Assembly: GCA_965372795.1 (NCBI GenBank)
Contig: CBDVDR010000001.1
Span: 128,001-192,000 of the forward strand
Reading direction: 5' to 3'
From: an uncultured bacterium
Lineage (GTDB): Bacteria; Zixibacteria; MSB-5A5; GN15; FEB-12
DNA length: 64,000 bases
Positions 59,498-64,000 of this stretch are shown here, piece by piece; positions within the stretch are counted from its first letter, which is position 1; every line of letters begins with the position of its first letter. Position numbers and translations under genes: made by a program. Under the pieces are notes generated by a model. The model did not search any database. It saw only the letters and a list, made by a program, of their open reading frames with translations, and was not told where the DNA came from.

Positions 59498-60187
59498 TTG
59501 ACTAAAATAACTTCAATTCTCATTGTTTTCTTACTCTTCTTTTCTTTGCAAGCCAAGGCTATCGAGAAGAAAGACGTTATAGATTTTAATCAACAAAACC
59601 ATCTGGGAATCCGCCTTGGTGCCTGGAGCAATTCGGGTGGTCTCCCCCCGGCTGCTTATTTAAATTCAGACACAACGGCTTTGATCCAAACCAAAATAAA
59701 AGATGCCAGTTTCTATTTCGAGGGATACTATGGTCATCGCTTCGCCAATTATCTGGTCGGTGAGCTTTCTCTGGGAATTGTTAATCGTGGCACCGTAACT
59801 ATCGAAGAGCAAAACCAAACGGATATTGGTAATTTTATGATCTATCCAATCTTATTCCAAGCTAAGATATATCCGTTTGCCAATATGAAATCTTCTTTTA
59901 ATCCATATTTCTTAGCGGGCGGTGGTTTTTATTACAGCCGAATCTCGGTTCAGTTTACAACCTCATACTATCAATCATACCGTAATGAAAAATCAGAAGT
60001 TGATATAAATTATGTTATCGGGGGCGGGCTTGATTATAAACTTAGTAAGAATATCGGCATTGAACTAAATGCCAAATATTTTCCGATAAATATGTCGGAT
60101 CCTATTCTTACCGTTAAAGATCATAGTGCGGCAATTGTTACTATTGGAATTAAGTATTTATTTAAAAATAAGAAAAAAGATAAATAA
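59498..60187 (+). CDS. Outer-membrane beta-barrel protein (OmpW-like)
   Basis: Signal peptide from TTG behind AAGGAGG, NPYFLAGGG, GGGLDY, IGIKYLF. Confidence 0.8.
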   Translation: MTKITSILIVFLLFFSLQAKAIEKKDVIDFNQQNHLGIRLGAWSNSGGLPPAAYLNSDTTALIQTKIKDASFYFEGYYGHRFANYLVGELSLGIVNRGTVTIEEQNQTDIGNFMIYPILFQAKIYPFANMKSSFNPYFLAGGGFYYSRISVQFTTSYYQSYRNEKSEVDINYVIGGGLDYKLSKNIGIELNAKYFPINMSDPILTVKDHSAAIVTIGIKYLFKNKKKDK

Positions 60188-60202
60188 GATTTAGGAGGAA
60201 TT

Positions 60203-61189
60203 ATGAAAGTAGGGATTAATGGGTTTGGACGAATCGGACGCCTTGTTTTAAAAGCAGCTCGTGGAACCGATATTGAAATAGTCGGCATTAATGATATTAC
60301 TGACGCCAAAACCTTAGCTCATCTTTTAAAATATGACTCTGTCCATGGACGCTATCCGGGAGATGTTTCCGCTGAAGAAAACGCTATTGTTATTGATGGT
60401 AAACGCATCCCGATTACGGCTGAGTATGATCCGGCAAAATTACCCTGGAAAGAACTTGGAGTTGATGTCGTATTAGAATGTACCGGTAAATTTACTAATA
60501 AGAAAGATGCCATCAAACATATCGAAGCCGGCGCAAAGAAAGTTCTGATTTCGGCTCCTGCCAAAGGTCATGACGGCACCTTTATCCCCGGCATCAACTG
60601 CCAGAAGTATGATAAAGATAAACATGATGTTATCTCAATCGGATCATGTACGACCAACTGCCTTGCCCCGGTTGCAAAAGTTTTAATGGATAACTTTGGG
60701 ATTGTCAAAGGGTTCATGACTACTATCCATGCTTATACCGGCGACCAGAGAATTCTTGATGCTCCTCATAAAGATTTACGTCGTGCCCGTGCTGCCGCGG
60801 TTTCTATGATTCCTACTACGACCGGAGCAGCCAAAGCCATCGCACAGGTTATTCCTGAGCTTGAAGGAAAAATTGATGGTTGTGCTATTCGGGTTCCTAC
60901 ACCTAACGGTTCAATGGTTGATCTGGCTGTTATTCTTGAGAAAGAAGCTACTGTTGAAGAAATTAATACCGCAGTCAAAAAGGCTGCCACTGATTCACCT
61001 TTGTCAGTAACATTAGAATATTGTGAAGATCCGATTGTGTCCTGTGATATTATTGGCAATCCTAACGGTTCAATTTTTGATGCGGGTATGACTGCTTCTC
61101 AGGGAACATTTGTCAAAGTATTCAGTTGGTACGATAACGAATGGGGTTTTTCCAATCGTATGGTCGACATGATGAAAATGATGTTTTAA
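60203..61189 (+). CDS. gap: Glyceraldehyde-3-phosphate dehydrogenase type I
   Basis: GINGFGRIGR, SCTTNCLAP, WYDNEWG. Confidence 0.98.
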   Translation: MKVGINGFGRIGRLVLKAARGTDIEIVGINDITDAKTLAHLLKYDSVHGRYPGDVSAEENAIVIDGKRIPITAEYDPAKLPWKELGVDVVLECTGKFTNKKDAIKHIEAGAKKVLISAPAKGHDGTFIPGINCQKYDKDKHDVISIGSCTTNCLAPVAKVLMDNFGIVKGFMTTIHAYTGDQRILDAPHKDLRRARAAAVSMIPTTTGAAKAIAQVIPELEGKIDGCAIRVPTPNGSMVDLAVILEKEATVEEINTAVKKAATDSPLSVTLEYCEDPIVSCDIIGNPNGSIFDAGMTASQGTFVKVFSWYDNEWGFSNRMVDMMKMMF

Positions 61190-61204
61190 ATTTACAGGTA
61201 GGAT

Positions 61205-62419
61205 ATGAATAAAGTTACTGTTGCGGATATAAATTTCAAAAACCGTCGGGTTCTTATTCGGGTGGATTTTAATGTTCCCCTCGATAAAAACCAAAATATA
61301 ACTGATGATCGGCGGATTCAGGCTGCATTACCCACTATCAAGAAAATTATTTCTGATGGCGGCAAGGTCATAGCCTGTTCTCATCTCGGACGACCCAAAG
61401 GGAAACCAATCCCTGAAATGTCTCTTCGTCCGATTGCAAAACGGTTATCAGAATTGCTTGATAAAGAAATTGTTTTCGCAGAGGATTGTATCGGACCGGA
61501 AGCATCCAATCTGGTTGCTAAAATGAAAGACGGCGATTGTCTGCTTCTGGAAAATTTACGATTCCATAAAGAAGAAACTGATAACGATACCGGGTTCGCC
61601 AAAAAACTGGCAGCCCTTGCTGATATATTTGTTAATGATGCTTTCGGGACTGCCCATCGCGCTCATGCCTCGACCGAAGGGGTAACGAAGTTTTTCAATC
61701 AATCAGTCGCCGGTTATTTAATGGAAAAAGAGTTAAAATATCTTGGTTCAGCACTGGCTGATCCAAAACGCCCTTTTGCCGCAATCTTAGGCGGAGCGAA
61801 AATCTCCGGTAAAATAGATGTCATCCAAAACCTGATGAACAAAGTCGATCTGCTTATCATCGGGGGCGGGATGATGTTTACTTTTGCCAAAGCGTTTGGA
61901 TATCCTATCGGTGATTCGCTTCTTGAAAAAGACAAAGTTGAACTCGCCGGAGAACTGATTGAGAAATGCAAAAATTCAAGAGCAAAATTGGTATTCCCGG
62001 TTGACACCCTTGTTGCGGAAGAAATTTCTGAATCCGTGACTCCTGAAGTTGTCAAAATTGATAAAATTCCTGATGGTAAAAAAGGATTAGATATCGGTCC
62101 GGCAACAATTGAGTTGTTCAAAGAAGAACTTGCAGGTGCTAAAACAATTGTCTGGAACGGTCCAATGGGTGTTTTTGAATGTGAACCGTTTGCCAAAGGT
62201 ACTTTTGCAATTGCTGAACTGTTGGCAGAACTGACATCATCCGGCACTACAACAATTGTTGGCGGAGGTGATTCGGCGGCGGCAGTTTCTCAGGCAGGAC
62301 TCGATAACAAATTATCACACATTTCAACCGGTGGCGGTGCCTCGCTCGAATTTCTCGAAGGCAAAGCTCTTCCGGGAGTAGAAGCTCTAACTTCGTTAAA
62401 ACAGGCTGAAAAGGTTTAA
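61205..62419 (+). CDS. pgk: Phosphoglycerate kinase
   Basis: [29 protein letters not shown]. Confidence 0.98.
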   Translation: MNKVTVADINFKNRRVLIRVDFNVPLDKNQNITDDRRIQAALPTIKKIISDGGKVIACSHLGRPKGKPIPEMSLRPIAKRLSELLDKEIVFAEDCIGPEASNLVAKMKDGDCLLLENLRFHKEETDNDTGFAKKLAALADIFVNDAFGTAHRAHASTEGVTKFFNQSVAGYLMEKELKYLGSALADPKRPFAAILGGAKISGKIDVIQNLMNKVDLLIIGGGMMFTFAKAFGYPIGDSLLEKDKVELAGELIEKCKNSRAKLVFPVDTLVAEEISESVTPEVVKIDKIPDGKKGLDIGPATIELFKEELAGAKTIVWNGPMGVFECEPFAKGTFAIAELLAELTSSGTTTIVGGGDSAAAVSQAGLDNKLSHISTGGGASLEFLEGKALPGVEALTSLKQAEKV

Positions 62420-62420
62420 T

Positions 62421-63173
62421 ATGCGTCAGAATATCATTGCCGGTAATTGGAAAATGAATGGCACAATTTCGGAGACAGATGAGTTGTTAAATGGACTTTT
62501 AAAGGGAGATTCTGACAGCAAAAAGTGTAAAGTTGTTGTTTGTCCTCCCTACACAGCACTACATTTTGCCAGTATCGTGTTGAAAGACAGCCACATAGCC
62601 CTTGGTGGTCAGGATATGTCTGAACATGCAAGCGGAGCCTATACCGGTGAGATCTCCTCAGAGATGCTCTTGACAGTTGGGTGCACCTTTATTATATTGG
62701 GACACTCTGAGAGAAGGCAATACCATAGTGAGTCTGATCAACTGGTAAATGTTAAAGCTAAGCGAGCTATTGAAGCCGGTTTGACTCCAATCATTTGTGT
62801 TGGAGAGACTCTCAAACAACGGGAAGCCGGTGAAACAGAAAAAGTTGTCGGCTTGCAGATTGATGGTACGCTCTCGGGATTTTCTGCCGACTTTATTAAA
62901 AAGTCGGTTGTTGCTTATGAGCCGGTTTGGGCTATCGGAACCGGTAAAACAGCGACCCCTGAAATGGCAGAAGATGTACATAAATTTATAAGGCAGAAAG
63001 TTTCGGCTATTGATTCTGAGGCTGCTTCGGTTCTGCCAATATTATACGGCGGGTCGGTTAAACCGGCCAATGCTGATGAGTTGTTAAGTCAGCCTAATAT
63101 TGATGGTGCTTTGGTAGGCGGAGCAGCGATGAAGGCTGATGATTTTATAGCGATTATTAACGCTGTCAAATAA
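62421..63173 (+). CDS. tpiA: Triosephosphate isomerase
   Basis: AGNWKMN, GHSERR, AYEPVWAIGTG, YGGSV. Confidence 0.98.
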   Translation: MRQNIIAGNWKMNGTISETDELLNGLLKGDSDSKKCKVVVCPPYTALHFASIVLKDSHIALGGQDMSEHASGAYTGEISSEMLLTVGCTFIILGHSERRQYHSESDQLVNVKAKRAIEAGLTPIICVGETLKQREAGETEKVVGLQIDGTLSGFSADFIKKSVVAYEPVWAIGTGKTATPEMAEDVHKFIRQKVSAIDSEAASVLPILYGGSVKPANADELLSQPNIDGALVGGAAMKADDFIAIINAVK

Positions 63174-63179
63174 AGGAGT

Positions 63180-63635
63180 TTGTTCTTGTTATTTACTATT
63201 TGGATTGTTTTTCATGTGATTGTTTGTATCGGTCTTATTCTTGTAGTATTGATGCAATCAAGTAAAGGTGAAGGTCTCGCTGGTTCAGCTTTTGGCGGCG
63301 GCGGTGGAGGCGGAATGTCCGGAGCTGTATTTGGCGGACGTGGCGCTGCTTCATTTCTTTCAAAATCTACTACGGTACTGGCCGTTGTGTTTATGATAAA
63401 CTGTGCCGGTCTGGCTTTTCTTTCGGCGGGTACTCGTACAAGTTTTTCAGCATCTTCAAATACTACTCCGGCTGAATCGGTTGTAACACGTGAAGCTCAG
63501 AAAGAACGTGACCAGGCTCTTCAGTTCCAGCAACAACAACAGCAGGCTGCTGACACTTCCGGTGGAAACCCATTGGATATTCAAGTTGTTCCTAACGAAG
63601 CTGCCACTCAGACAAAAGATACTTCCGGGAATTAA
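63180..63635 (+). CDS. secG: Preprotein translocase subunit SecG
   Basis: VLMQSSKGEGL, FGGRGA..FL.K.T; follows tpiA. Confidence 0.93.
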   Translation: MFLLFTIWIVFHVIVCIGLILVVLMQSSKGEGLAGSAFGGGGGGGMSGAVFGGRGAASFLSKSTTVLAVVFMINCAGLAFLSAGTRTSFSASSNTTPAESVVTREAQKERDQALQFQQQQQQAADTSGGNPLDIQVVPNEAATQTKDTSGN

Positions 63636-63649
63636 GATAATATAATTTT

Positions 63650-63731
63650 GCGGAAGTGGTGGAACTGGTAGACACGCCATCTTGAGGGGGTGGTGGGGAA
63701 ACTCATGCGGGTTCGAGTCCCGCCTTCCGCA
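63650..63731 (+). tRNA. tRNA-Leu(GAG)
   Basis: GCGGAAGTGGTGGAACTGGTAGACACG, anticodon arm CCATC-TTGAGGG-GGTGG, variable arm, GGTTCGAGTCC; CCA not encoded. Confidence 0.96.
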
Positions 63732-63740
63732 TAAATTCAT

Positions 63741-63776
63741 AATCCCCGAGCTTCCACAGCTCGGGGATTTTTTTTT
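63741..63776 (+). terminator. Intrinsic terminator after tRNA-Leu
   Basis: AATCCCCGAGCT..AGCTCGGGGATT + T-run. Confidence 0.9.
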
Positions 63777-63864
63777 GTTGTGTTTAATATCAAAAACTTC
63801 AATTTATAGCAGATATATTTATTCATATTATGGTTAATATAAATTTTATCAGAAGGATAATGTT

Positions 63865-64000
63865 ATGATAAAAAAAGTCGTTATAATTTTAGTCTTAATG
63901 ATCATCTTGGGTATTGTTGGGATTGCCCTCGGAATTGATTCACTCGTTGAAACCGGAATTGAAGAAGGCGGCAGCTATGCTTTCGGAGTAGAGACCAATA
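63865..64000 (+). CDS. 5' part of a membrane-anchored protein (possibly AsmA-like), truncated by window end
   Basis: MIKKVVIILVLMIILGIVGIALGIDSLVETGIEEGGSYAFGVET behind AAGGA. Confidence 0.6.
   Translation, partial: MIKKVVIILVLMIILGIVGIALGIDSLVETGIEEGGSYAFGVETN

Noticed and set aside
61714..62247. 177-aa antisense ORF and similar shadow ORFs throughout
   Set aside because: Reverse-frame shadows of well-supported genes
63528..63546. Poly-Gln tract in the SecG tail
   Set aside because: Short low-complexity linker with mixed codons; ordinary
63456..63740. 94-aa minus-strand ORF
   Set aside because: Antisense to secG and tRNA-Leu

Overview
AT-rich bacterial chromosomal window, mostly housekeeping genes. 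It is probably from candidate phylum Zixibacteria or a related FCB lineage, inferred from two secreted proteins ending in C-x-G-x-R-G-N dockerin-like domains and a TonB receptor/CTD/PorV-like triad. Core content: a GH57 branching enzyme, two-component genes, aspS-phoH-HD-ybeY-CorC, an M6 metalloprotease, the large Alu-type SRP RNA with tRNA-Ala(CGC), dnaX-ybaB-recR, sthA, rmuC, pyrE/acpS, a probable 6S RNA, class II ribonucleotide reductase, pyk, and gap-pgk-tpiA-secG-tRNA-Leu(GAG). The most unusual part is a ~4.3 kb accessory patch (22.3-26.65 kb). There, an AT-rich NB-ARC/TPR (STAND) gene with a HEPN-like motif and a divergent 'STGPKT...NAIKHGL' orphan gene lie between two dense clusters of REP-like palindromes. 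A perfect 21-bp TG...CA inverted repeat brackets them, and no transposase is present. Other notable items: an A10 slippery tract in dnaX, a recurrent sigma-28-like CCGATA motif including a divergent promoter pair, a frameshifted EamA remnant, a deacetylase lacking its metal ligands, and altered active-site motifs in AspRS. All calls come from reading the sequence and recalling motifs; no database searches were run.
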